Assembly (NCBI GenBank): GCA_037142615.1
Contig: JBAXAI010000001.1
Location: 448,001-512,000, forward strand
From: Spirochaetales bacterium
GTDB lineage: Bacteria; Spirochaetota; Spirochaetia; JABEVK01
DNA: 64,000 nucleotides
Reading direction: 5' to 3'
The notes beneath the pieces were generated by a model. It had not been told where the DNA came from. It ran no database searches and worked only from the letters and a program-made list of their open reading frames with translations. Positions 7,734-15,698 of this stretch are shown here, piece after piece. Made by a program: the position numbers and the translations under genes. Each line of letters starts with the position of its first letter. Position 1 is the first letter of the stretch.

Positions 7734-8954
7734 ATGAAATACCGAGCCCGAACTCTCGAAGCGGCGTTTGCTAGGGCGTCCGCACAGTTTCCTGCGGTGC
7801 TGGTCACCGGGCCAAGACAGGTCGGCAAGACCAGCCTTCTCCGCCACTTGGCCTCGGGCGACCGGACCTACGTCACGCTCGACGATCCCCTGGTGCGCGA
7901 CCTTGCCAAGCGGGAGCCGGCCCTCTTCCTGCAGCGGTTCAAGCTGCCGATCATCATCGACGAGATCCAATACGCCCCGGAGTTGCTACCGCTCATTAAG
8001 ATGAGCATTGACCAAGATAGGCGGCCCGGCCAGTTCTGGCTGACGGGCTCGCAGCAGTTTCAGGTCATGAAAGGTGTTGCCGAATCTCTGGCAGGACGAG
8101 TTGCAGTGTTGCAGCTGGCGGGGTTCACTCGCCGGGAGTTATTGGGGAAGGCACAAGCGCTCCCCTTCGTCCCTTCGGAAGAGCTGTTGCGTCAGGCCGG
8201 CCAGGAGGAGTCCGTGGGCTTGGACGCTCTCTACCAGCAGATATGGAGGGGAACCCTTCCCGGACTTCACAGTGCCCTCGACGTGGACCGTGACCTGTTC
8301 CTGTCGTCTTACGTTCAGACGTATCTCCAAAGAGATATCCGTGATCTGGCCAACATCGGCAATGAACTTGCCTTCCTTCGATTTCTCAAGGCGACCGCCG
8401 CCCGAACCGGCCAACTCCTCAATCTGGCCGATCTGTCCAGGGATTCCGACATCAGCCAGGTCACAGCCAAGCACTGGCTTTCCATCCTGGTCGCCTCTGG
8501 CTTGGTGTACCTGCTGGCTCCCTGGCACTCGAACCTGACCAAGCGTCTGGTAAAGACCCCGAAACTCTACTTCCTGGACACCGGTTTGGCGACCTGGCTC
8601 ACCTCTTGGACCAGTCCTGCAACTCTGGAGGCCGGGGCGATGGCCGGTGCTATCCTGGAGACTTGGGTTGTCTCGGAACTGGTTCGGGGCTGGTGGCACG
8701 CCGGCAAAGAAGCGCCGCTGTACTTCTATCGGGACAAGGATCAGAAAGAAATTGATGTGCTGATTCATCTGGATGGAAAACTCTATCCGCTGGAGATCAA
8801 AAAGAGCGCACAGCCCGGCGCAGACTCGACCAAGAGCTTTTCCGCCGCAAGTAACCTAGGCGAAGGTCGCGGAGCCGGCGCGGTGCTTTGCTTGACGCCC
8901 AACTGGCTCCCCTTCACCCAGCAGGACTTTCTGGTGGGTGTTGGGTTGATCTAA
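7734..8954 (+). CDS. AAA-family ATP-binding protein (AAA_14 + DUF4143)
   Basis: GPRQVGKT Walker A, IIDEIQY Walker B, LTGSQ, KTPKLYFLDTG and YFYRDKDQKEID...PLEIKK C-terminal nuclease-like motif. Confidence 0.9.
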   Translation: MKYRARTLEAAFARASAQFPAVLVTGPRQVGKTSLLRHLASGDRTYVTLDDPLVRDLAKREPALFLQRFKLPIIIDEIQYAPELLPLIKMSIDQDRRPGQFWLTGSQQFQVMKGVAESLAGRVAVLQLAGFTRRELLGKAQALPFVPSEELLRQAGQEESVGLDALYQQIWRGTLPGLHSALDVDRDLFLSSYVQTYLQRDIRDLANIGNELAFLRFLKATAARTGQLLNLADLSRDSDISQVTAKHWLSILVASGLVYLLAPWHSNLTKRLVKTPKLYFLDTGLATWLTSWTSPATLEAGAMAGAILETWVVSELVRGWWHAGKEAPLYFYRDKDQKEIDVLIHLDGKLYPLEIKKSAQPGADSTKSFSAASNLGEGRGAGAVLCLTPNWLPFTQQDFLVGVGLI

Positions 8955-9172
8955 GTGGGAACAGCGGGAATCTTCGCGGTGACAGCCCTGGTTAGGCCCT
9001 GAAGCCGTTCCAGCGCCCCGGGGATCACGTTACCGTCCTTGAGGTACAGCCGCCGGTTCACCTCGATCATGATCGAGAGGACCCGGGGTTCGGTGTCGAG
9101 GAACTCCAGCGGCACCATGGAGCCAGCGTACGGGCGGTTGAGTTCTACCGAGTAGCCGGCGTCCTGGTAGAC
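8951..9172 (-). pseudogene. N-formylglutamate amidohydrolase-like C-terminal fragment
   Basis: VYQDAGYSVELNRPYAGSMVPLEFLDTEPRVLSIMIEVNRRLYL (NxPYxG and IEVNRxLY motifs); 5' part replaced by the doc duplicate. Confidence 0.85.
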
Positions 9173-9466
9173 GGAGCGTTAGCCTCTGCGCTCGCTCGCC
9201 CAGAGAACAAAGCCACCTGCGAGAAGCCCGACTTGGCGGACTTGGCGGCGGCCTACGCCTATGGGCTGGCCCGAAACCATCCCTTTGCCGATGGTAACAA
9301 GCGCATCGCTTGGGTGGTGGCGCGCCTCTTTGTCGCTGACAATGGTGGACGGCTTCGCTTCGATCCGCTCGAAGCGATCCAGATGGTTCTGGCCATGGCA
9401 AGCGGAACCCTCACGGAGCCAGAGGTTGCAGCCTGGTTCCGTCAACGCCTGTTGGCACAATCGTAG
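9170..9466 (+). pseudogene. doc: 5'-truncated doc duplicate
   Basis: Same protein as doc from residue 32 onward; lacks N-terminus, promoter and antitoxin. Confidence 0.85.
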
Positions 9467-9613
9467 CACGTGGTCGACGGAAGGCAGGCGAGGTTCCGCC
9501 GGGTCCGCTGCCACGGGCAAGGCGGTTTCAGGTAGCACCACCCTGTCGGGTCTCAAGTCCGTCGAGGAGTTGAAAAGCGCCAAGCCGGTAGTGTCGGACT
9601 TCTAGGACGCGAC

Positions 9614-9662
9614 AAAAGAAAGGCCCACCCGAAAAGCACTAAATGCTTATCTGGCGGGCCTT
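9614..9662 (-). terminator. Hairpin with U-tract downstream of tRNA-Thr
   Basis: Second copy of the 6822-6870 hairpin; the T>C change gives a G-U pair on the minus strand. Confidence 0.6.
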
Positions 9663-9669
9663 TACATTG

Positions 9670-9741
9670 AGCCGATGCCCGAAGTCGAATCGGGGACCTA
9701 CGCATTACGAGTGCGTTGCTCTACCACTGAGCTACATCGGC
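9670..9741 (-). tRNA. tRNA-Thr (CGT)
   Basis: GCCGATG acceptor stem, TAGCTCAGTGGTAGAGC D-arm, ACGCA-CTCGTAA-TGCGT anticodon arm, TTCGA T-loop; CCA not encoded. Confidence 0.95.
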
Positions 9742-9843
9742 AAGGTAGGGTTTCTATACCGCGTTTTTTAGGTTGGGTCAAGGGTTGCGATCGCGCGCAC
9801 GCCACCTATACTGGAAGTACAACGGGAACTCTGGGGAGGACTC

Positions 9844-12276
9844 TTGCTTCGCCTACTTCGCGGACTGATGATCGCCACCGTTTCTCTTGCCCTTGCCGGC
9901 TGTTCGGTAGAGTCGCCAATGGCAAGCCAGGGCAAGCTCGACCTGTCGCGGTGGGACTTTGCCACTGATTCCCAGGTACGCCTCGACGGGGGGTGGCTTT
10001 TTCAGAGCGACGGCTTCCAGGACGGTAATTTACTCCAGAAATCGTTGCCGGGTCGTTGGGAACTGACCGAGCCTGTCTTTCCCATCGAGGGCATGGGCAG
10101 CTACCACTTGCAGGTGGCCCTGCCCCGCTCCCAAACCCTCTGGAGCCTCCGGGTGCCCGAGTTCTCCTCGGCTTCTCAGGTCTGGGTCGATGGTCGCTTG
10201 GTTCTCGAAAGCGGACGGGTCGGGTCAGGCCCGGAAAAAGAAGTTCCAAGAGTTCAGATCCGTCAAGTGACCTTTCTGGCCGAGCGGGCCGAGGTCAGTC
10301 TGGTGGTTCAGATCTCGAACTACCACGACCGCATCGGAGCAACCCAAGATTCGATCTTTTTCGGTCCCGCCGAGTCGATGCAACCCGCCTGGGAACTCGA
10401 AAAAGCCACCTCGGCGTTCTTGTTTGGCTCTTTGCTGGTCATGGGTCTGCTTAACCTGTTTGTGTTCTATTCCGAAGGTCACCGGCGTGGAAACCTGTGG
10501 CTTTCGCTTTTCGCGTTCTCTGTGGCGATCCGAAATCTGATCACCGGACCTTCGCTTCCCCAAGACCTGTTTCCAAGCTGGGACTTTCAGGCGGTGACGT
10601 CGATCAAGTTTCTCAGCGCGATGGGCGCCATCAGCTGTTTCCTTCTGTACATGAAGCAACTGATGCCCAAGTGGTGGCCCTCACCGATGTTCGTGGGCTT
10701 TCTGCTTTACACCCTGCTGTTCGCTCTGCTTTGCCTTGCGCTTCCGGTAAAGCTTTTCTCCCAGGCGTTTGCCCTGCTCTACACTCTGCCCCTGGCGGCT
10801 GTGATGCTGGTCGCCTTTGGCTTGTTCGTCGTGGCGGCATTCCGGGCAGAACAAGAGGTTCGAGCCGTCTTGCCAGCGATTGTTCTGGTTCTCCTCGGAG
10901 GCCTAAACGACAACCTGAATGTTCTGGTCCCGACGCCCTGGGGACTCATCCTGCCGCAGTGCATGTTTCTTTTCATGCTCTACAACTCGTGGCTGGTGAC
11001 CCGGCAGATGCAGCAAACCTTCCTTCTCAGCCAACGCCTTTCCTCTGATCTCCAGAAGCTGGACGCCCTGAAGGACGATTTTCTGGCGCGGGTCACCCAC
11101 GAACTGCGCACGCCCCTCCACGGGATGATCGGAATCCTCGATGCTTTCCGTCAGGGTGACTATGGTCCGCTGGCCGAACGGCAGAACTATCACCTCACCC
11201 TGGTCGAATCCTCGAGCAAGCGTCTGCTGACCATGGTGAACAGCATCCTCGATTTCTCCCAGCTCAAGCATGGAACGGTGGGAGAGTTGAGGCCTGTCTT
11301 CTACAAGGAACTGGTGGACCTCCTGCTGCCCGTTTTCGCCGGGCAAGTGCAACGAGGGGTTTCCGTCGTCAACCGGGTGTCGGTTCACCTGCCGGCGGCG
11401 CTCGGCGATGCCACCAAGGTCGAGCAAGTTGTGCAGCATCTGCTTGCCAACGCCATCCAGCATACGTCCTCGGGAACCATCGCGGTCGAGGGTGAACTGC
11501 GCGACCAAAAGATCTGGCTGAGCGTGCGCGACACGGGGAGCGGGATTCCTGCCGACGAACTTCCTCACCTGTTTTCGCCCTTTCGACAGGACGCGAACGC
11601 CGATACGCGGTCCAAGAACGGCTTGGGGCTGGGGCTGGCAATTTCGCACCAACTGATTCAGCAGCTAGGTGGAAGCCTGTCGGCAGAGTCGCAGCTCGGC
11701 GTGGGCACCGTGGTGGCCTTCTGCCTTCCAATCTGCCCGCCTGATCAGTTGCAGGCGTTCACCGCGCAAAAAAAAGACCGGGAAATCCGCCGAGATACCC
11801 TCGCTTCGAGATTGGAACCGCTTCCAGATGCAGCAAAGGTTTCGGCTCCAGCGGCGACTGAGGTCGAACAGTTGACGGTATTGATTGTCGATGACGAACC
11901 CGTGAATCTCATGGTTCTGGAGTCGTTCCTCAGGAGGCTGAACTATCGCGTTCTACAGGCTTTCAGCGGGCCCGCCGCGCTGGAACTTGCCGATTTGCAC
12001 ACCATCGACCTGGTGATTCTCGACATCATGATGCCGGGAATGTCGGGCTATGAAGTCAGCCGACGGCTGCGCCAGAAGTTCTCCGCGGCAAGCCTTCCCA
12101 TCATCCTGCTCACCGCCAAGAATCAGATGGAAGACCTCATACAAGGCTTTGCCGCGGGTGCGAGCGACTACCTCACCAAGCCCTTTGTCCGGGCGGAACT
12201 TCGCGCCCGCATGGAGTTCCACCTGACGATCAGCCGGGCAGCGCGCGAAGGCGCACAACCAGCGAACAAATCCTAA
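9844..12276 (+). CDS. Hybrid sensor histidine kinase (7TM-DISM-like sensor, HisKA, HATPase, receiver)
   Basis: Extracellular GKLDLSRWDF...LDGGW domain, about 7 TM helices, THELRTPL, ANAIQH, DTGSGI, GLGLGL and IVDDEPVN...LDIMMP receiver. Confidence 0.9.
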   Translation: MLRLLRGLMIATVSLALAGCSVESPMASQGKLDLSRWDFATDSQVRLDGGWLFQSDGFQDGNLLQKSLPGRWELTEPVFPIEGMGSYHLQVALPRSQTLWSLRVPEFSSASQVWVDGRLVLESGRVGSGPEKEVPRVQIRQVTFLAERAEVSLVVQISNYHDRIGATQDSIFFGPAESMQPAWELEKATSAFLFGSLLVMGLLNLFVFYSEGHRRGNLWLSLFAFSVAIRNLITGPSLPQDLFPSWDFQAVTSIKFLSAMGAISCFLLYMKQLMPKWWPSPMFVGFLLYTLLFALLCLALPVKLFSQAFALLYTLPLAAVMLVAFGLFVVAAFRAEQEVRAVLPAIVLVLLGGLNDNLNVLVPTPWGLILPQCMFLFMLYNSWLVTRQMQQTFLLSQRLSSDLQKLDALKDDFLARVTHELRTPLHGMIGILDAFRQGDYGPLAERQNYHLTLVESSSKRLLTMVNSILDFSQLKHGTVGELRPVFYKELVDLLLPVFAGQVQRGVSVVNRVSVHLPAALGDATKVEQVVQHLLANAIQHTSSGTIAVEGELRDQKIWLSVRDTGSGIPADELPHLFSPFRQDANADTRSKNGLGLGLAISHQLIQQLGGSLSAESQLGVGTVVAFCLPICPPDQLQAFTAQKKDREIRRDTLASRLEPLPDAAKVSAPAATEVEQLTVLIVDDEPVNLMVLESFLRRLNYRVLQAFSGPAALELADLHTIDLVILDIMMPGMSGYEVSRRLRQKFSAASLPIILLTAKNQMEDLIQGFAAGASDYLTKPFVRAELRARMEFHLTISRAAREGAQPANKS

Positions 12277-12300
12277 TCCACCCGCCAACGATGCCGATAC
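12274..12300 (+). promoter_or_regulatory. sigma28 (FliA)-like promoter of flgFGJ
   Basis: TAAT-N15-GCCGATAC versus consensus TAAA-N15-GCCGATAA. Confidence 0.65.
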
Positions 12301-12307
12301 AGAGGAT

Positions 12308-13159
12308 ATGGAACGTGGACTGTACATCAGTGCATCGGGCATGACCGCCCAACAATGGCGCCTCGACGCCGTCTCGAACAACTTGGCCAACGTCGACCAG
12401 ACCGGCTACAAGCGCGACGAGGCCGTCCATAAGGCCTTCCCCGAAATGCTCATTCGCCGACAGAACGACGACGGGGTTTACAAAATGCCCTTTGGTTCGA
12501 TGGACACCTCGCCCATCGTCGGCAAGCTCGGCATGGGTGTCGAGCAGAACGAGTTCTTCACCGTCCAGACCCAGGGCGCTCTCAAAGAAACGAGCAACCC
12601 CTTCGACATGGCGCTGGAAGACAAAGGTTTTTTCGTCGTCAACACCCCGGCCGGCGAACGCTACACCCGCAACGGCTCGTTCACCTTGGGCAAGGAAGGC
12701 TTTCTCGAGACCAAGGATGGCTTTCAGTTGTTGGGCAAAAACGGCCCCATCCAGGTGAAGGCCAACAACTTTGTCGTCGACGCCAAGGGTCAGGTCTGGG
12801 TCAACGACGAGTTCGCCAACGACCCTTCCCGTTTGGTCAGCATGGACGAGAACACCTGGAAGAAGACAACCCTGCTCGACACGCTCAAGGTGGTGAACTT
12901 TGAACAACCCCGTTACCTGGCCAAGCAGGGCAACAGCCAGTACGCCACCACCGAAAACTCGGGCGAAGCTGCCGACCTTCCCGTCAATGCCCGCCCGAAG
13001 GTCCGTCAGGGCTTTGTCGAAGCGGCAAACGTGAACCCGGTCACCGAAATGGTGCAGATGATCGAAATCAACCGCGCCTACGAAAACAACCAGAAGATGA
13101 TCCAGACCCACGACGCCCTGATGGGCAAACTGATCAACGAGGCGTCAGCCTTCCGCTGA
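12308..13159 (+). CDS. flgF: Flagellar basal-body rod protein FlgF
   Basis: GLYISASGM, SNNLANV.QTGYK, YTRNGSF, EAANVNPVTEMV; directly upstream of flgG. Confidence 0.85.
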   Translation: MERGLYISASGMTAQQWRLDAVSNNLANVDQTGYKRDEAVHKAFPEMLIRRQNDDGVYKMPFGSMDTSPIVGKLGMGVEQNEFFTVQTQGALKETSNPFDMALEDKGFFVVNTPAGERYTRNGSFTLGKEGFLETKDGFQLLGKNGPIQVKANNFVVDAKGQVWVNDEFANDPSRLVSMDENTWKKTTLLDTLKVVNFEQPRYLAKQGNSQYATTENSGEAADLPVNARPKVRQGFVEAANVNPVTEMVQMIEINRAYENNQKMIQTHDALMGKLINEASAFR

Positions 13160-13174
13160 TAAAGGAACCCGACT

Positions 13175-13969
13175 ATGATGCGCTCCCTGTGGACAGCCGC
13201 TTCCGGCATGACCGGCCAACAGTTCAACATCGACACGATCGCGAACAACCTTTCGAACGTGAACACCACCGGCTTCAAGCTCAACCGGGCCGACTTCGAA
13301 GACCTGCTGTACCAGACCCAAAAGATCGCCGGTACTCCTGCCACCGAGCAGACGGTCGTACCGACCAACACCCAGGTTGGTCACGGCGTCAAGGTTGCCG
13401 CCACCCAGAAGATCTATACCCAGGGTGCCCTGCAAGCTACCGGCAACGTGGCCGACATGGCCATTCAGGGCGAGGGCTTCTACCGCATCCAGACCCTCGA
13501 CGGCAGCTACGGCTACAGCCGCGACGGCGCGTTCAAGATCGACTCCAACGGCCAGTTGGTGACCAGCCAAGGCTACAAGGTGATGCCCGAGATCGTCATG
13601 CCCCCGAACTGGATCCAAGACAGCGTCACCGTGGCTCAGGACGGCAAGGTTTCGGCCAAGGTGCCCGGCCGCGAGGATCCGCTGCAAGTAGCGCAGATGG
13701 AAATCTTCCGGTTCCCCAACCCCGCAGGCCTGCAGGCTGTCGGCGAAAACTTGCTCAAGCCGACCAACGCCTCGGGCGACGCCATCGCCGGCCGCCCCGG
13801 GTTTGACGGCATGGGCAAGGTGCAGCAGCGGTTCCTCGAAATGAGCAACGTGAGTGTCGTGCAAGAAATGGTCAACATGATTGTGGCCCAGCGCGCCTAT
13901 GAACTTTCGTCCAAAGCCATCCAGACCAGCGACAGCATGCTCGGCATCGCCGCCAACCTGAAGCGATAA
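13175..13969 (+). CDS. flgG: Flagellar basal-body rod protein FlgG
   Basis: MRSLWTAASGM, ANNLSNVNTTGFK, FEDLLYQ, LEMSNVSVVQEMVNMIVAQRAYE. Confidence 0.95.
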   Translation: MMRSLWTAASGMTGQQFNIDTIANNLSNVNTTGFKLNRADFEDLLYQTQKIAGTPATEQTVVPTNTQVGHGVKVAATQKIYTQGALQATGNVADMAIQGEGFYRIQTLDGSYGYSRDGAFKIDSNGQLVTSQGYKVMPEIVMPPNWIQDSVTVAQDGKVSAKVPGREDPLQVAQMEIFRFPNPAGLQAVGENLLKPTNASGDAIAGRPGFDGMGKVQQRFLEMSNVSVVQEMVNMIVAQRAYELSSKAIQTSDSMLGIAANLKR

Positions 13970-13979
13970 GGAATCGTCC

Positions 13980-14354
13980 ATGAACGTCCTCGACACGGCC
14001 AACCTAAACCTCTCCAACAACCGCTACGACGTCACCTCGCTCACCGCCAGCGCCAAGGCCGCTGCGGGTCATGGCACGAGCGGCAAAATCGACAAGAACT
14101 CCGATTTGTACAAGGCCGCCGAGGATTTTCAGTCTATCTTCATCAAGCAGATGCTCGACACCATGCGCAAAACCGTCCACAAGGAAAGCGAAACCGAGCA
14201 GAGTCAGGGCGAATCGGTGTTCGAAGACATGCTCTACGACGAGTACTCCAAGAAGATGTCCAAGAGCGCGGGGTTCGATCTGGCCGACAATCTGTATCGG
14301 CAGATGAGTTTCCTGCAGAATCTTCCCAAGGCAGACGCCACCGCGACCCTCTGA
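13980..14354 (+). CDS. flgJ: Rod-binding protein (single-domain FlgJ)
   Basis: AAEDFQSIFIKQMLDTMRKT...FEDMLYDEY...LADNLYRQM; no muramidase domain. Confidence 0.85.
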   Translation: MNVLDTANLNLSNNRYDVTSLTASAKAAAGHGTSGKIDKNSDLYKAAEDFQSIFIKQMLDTMRKTVHKESETEQSQGESVFEDMLYDEYSKKMSKSAGFDLADNLYRQMSFLQNLPKADATATL

Positions 14355-14395
14355 TTCCTCTTGCGGATGCCCGGTCCGAATTGTATTCTGGGACG

Positions 14396-15160
14396 ATGCA
14401 TCCGATTCGCTTTGAGCAAGTTTCCTTTCAGTACGAACAAACCCCCGTCATCACAAGTTGGACTCTGGACGTTCCGGCCGGAATCACCTCGCTGACAGGT
14501 CCCAACGGTTCCGGAAAATCCACCTTTCTGATTCTGGCATCGGGTCGATTCCTGCCCGCCGAGGGCACGGTGCTTCTGCAGGGGCGCGATACCAGATCAC
14601 TCGACGAGACAACACGCAACCGTCTTGCTTCCCTCTTGTATCAGAACATGGAGTTTGAAAACGAGGAACCGCTGGGCGAGCTGCTCGAATACGTGCAAAG
14701 CGTCGGCTTTTTGACCGACAGGAGTGCCGAACGACGGGCCTCCGTGACGAAGATCTTTGAACTCGATGCCCTTCTGAGCCGCAAGACACAGCAATTGAGC
14801 AAGGGCGAGATGCAGCGCGCCGTGATGGCCTTTTCGTTGCTCTACGGGAGCTCGGTCGTGGTGATGGATGAGCCAATTTTCGCGCTCGAGGATCACCAGA
14901 AGCACAAGGCCTTGAAGTTCCTGGGTGAGTTCACGCAGGAACTGGGAGTCAGCTTCCTGTTCAGCGTGCATGAGCTCGAACTCACCAGGCAGTACTCGCA
15001 AAACGTGCTGCTGTTCTCAAAGGATGCCCCGCCTCTGGTTGGGCCCACTCTCGAGGTTCTCAGCCGCGAGAATCTGGAGGCCGCCTACCAGGTTCCGGCC
15101 GCGCTGTTGCACCAAAAAGAAAGGCTGTACAGAGACAGCCTTTTGCAGGAAAAGAAATAA
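14396..15160 (+). CDS. ABC transporter ATP-binding protein (no adjacent permease)
   Basis: GPNGSGKST, LSKGE signature, VMDEP, H-loop. Confidence 0.85.
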   Translation: MHPIRFEQVSFQYEQTPVITSWTLDVPAGITSLTGPNGSGKSTFLILASGRFLPAEGTVLLQGRDTRSLDETTRNRLASLLYQNMEFENEEPLGELLEYVQSVGFLTDRSAERRASVTKIFELDALLSRKTQQLSKGEMQRAVMAFSLLYGSSVVVMDEPIFALEDHQKHKALKFLGEFTQELGVSFLFSVHELELTRQYSQNVLLFSKDAPPLVGPTLEVLSRENLEAAYQVPAALLHQKERLYRDSLLQEKK

Positions 15161-15164
15161 CTGT

Positions 15165-15237
15165 TGGTGGCAGAGAGATTTGAACTCCCGACCGAGCGGA
15201 TATGAGCCGCTTGCTCTACCGACTGAGCTATGCCACC
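15165..15237 (-). tRNA. tRNA with CAT anticodon, most likely elongator tRNA-Met (Ile2 not excluded)
   Basis: GGTGGCA/TGCCACC acceptor stem, AGCGG-CTCATAT-CCGCT anticodon arm, GTTCAAAT; paired 1-72 and no triple G-C, so not the initiator. Confidence 0.9.
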
Positions 15238-15300
15238 GTTCACTGAAGCCCGGTCAGAATAGCAGTTCACCGGTCTTTGGTCAACCCAAAAGGAGTCTTC

Positions 15301-15696
15301 ATGGTGCACCGACTTTCTATCGATGTGAGGCACTACGAGTGTGACGTGTACAACCACGTCAACAACGCCACCTACCTGAACTACCTGGAGTTTGCCCGCG
15401 AGCGTTTCCTTACCGACGCCGGGCTGGACTACAGGGCCTGGATGGCTCAGGGCAATGGAATCTGGGTTGCCGAAGTGCACCTGCTATGCCTGAGCCCGGC
15501 GGTTGCCGGCGAGGAGCTCACGATTGCCAGCCAGACCGAGGAACAGGGCGGGGCTTGGGCGGTTTTGCACCAGCGAATTCTCGGCCCCGGGGACCGACCG
15601 GTGCTCGATGCAAGGGTCAAACTCGTGTGGGTGGGTCCCGGTGGTCGACCGACGCGTATCCCGGCCGAATGGAAGCAGCGTTTCCAAGACGCGTAG
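15301..15696 (+). CDS. Acyl-CoA thioesterase (4HBT/YbgC family)
   Basis: VRHYECDVYNHVNNATYLNYLEFAR hotdog-fold motif; AGGAG RBS. Confidence 0.9.
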   Translation: MVHRLSIDVRHYECDVYNHVNNATYLNYLEFARERFLTDAGLDYRAWMAQGNGIWVAEVHLLCLSPAVAGEELTIASQTEEQGGAWAVLHQRILGPGDRPVLDARVKLVWVGPGGRPTRIPAEWKQRFQDA

Positions 15697-15698
15697 CC

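Larger units (their letters stand above)
1..9711. mobile_element. Degraded genomic island / tandem integrative-element remnants at the tRNA-Thr 3' end; left boundary lies outside the window
   Basis: Copy of the tRNA 3' half at 6878-6919, 542-bp duplication, IS21 remnant, four TA modules and many gene fragments; intact chromosomal-type genes start right after the tRNA. No intact integrase in the window. Confidence 0.8.
9170..9711. repeat. 542-bp direct repeat, copy 2
   Basis: Matches 6378-6919. Confidence 0.95.

Noticed and set aside
1-9669. Integron cassette array
   Set aside because: No intI and no recognisable attC (RYYYAAC...GTTRRRY) structures; genes occur on both strands with their own promoters.
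12230-14020. Long antisense ORFs over flgF/flgG (similar ones at 19805-21100, 30002-31129, 34543-35943, 43895-45400)
   Set aside because: Shadow frames of GC3-rich genes, with no motifs or RBS.
15165-15237. Integration site at tRNA-CAT
   Set aside because: No duplicated 3' end seen in the window, and the flanks are ordinary genes.
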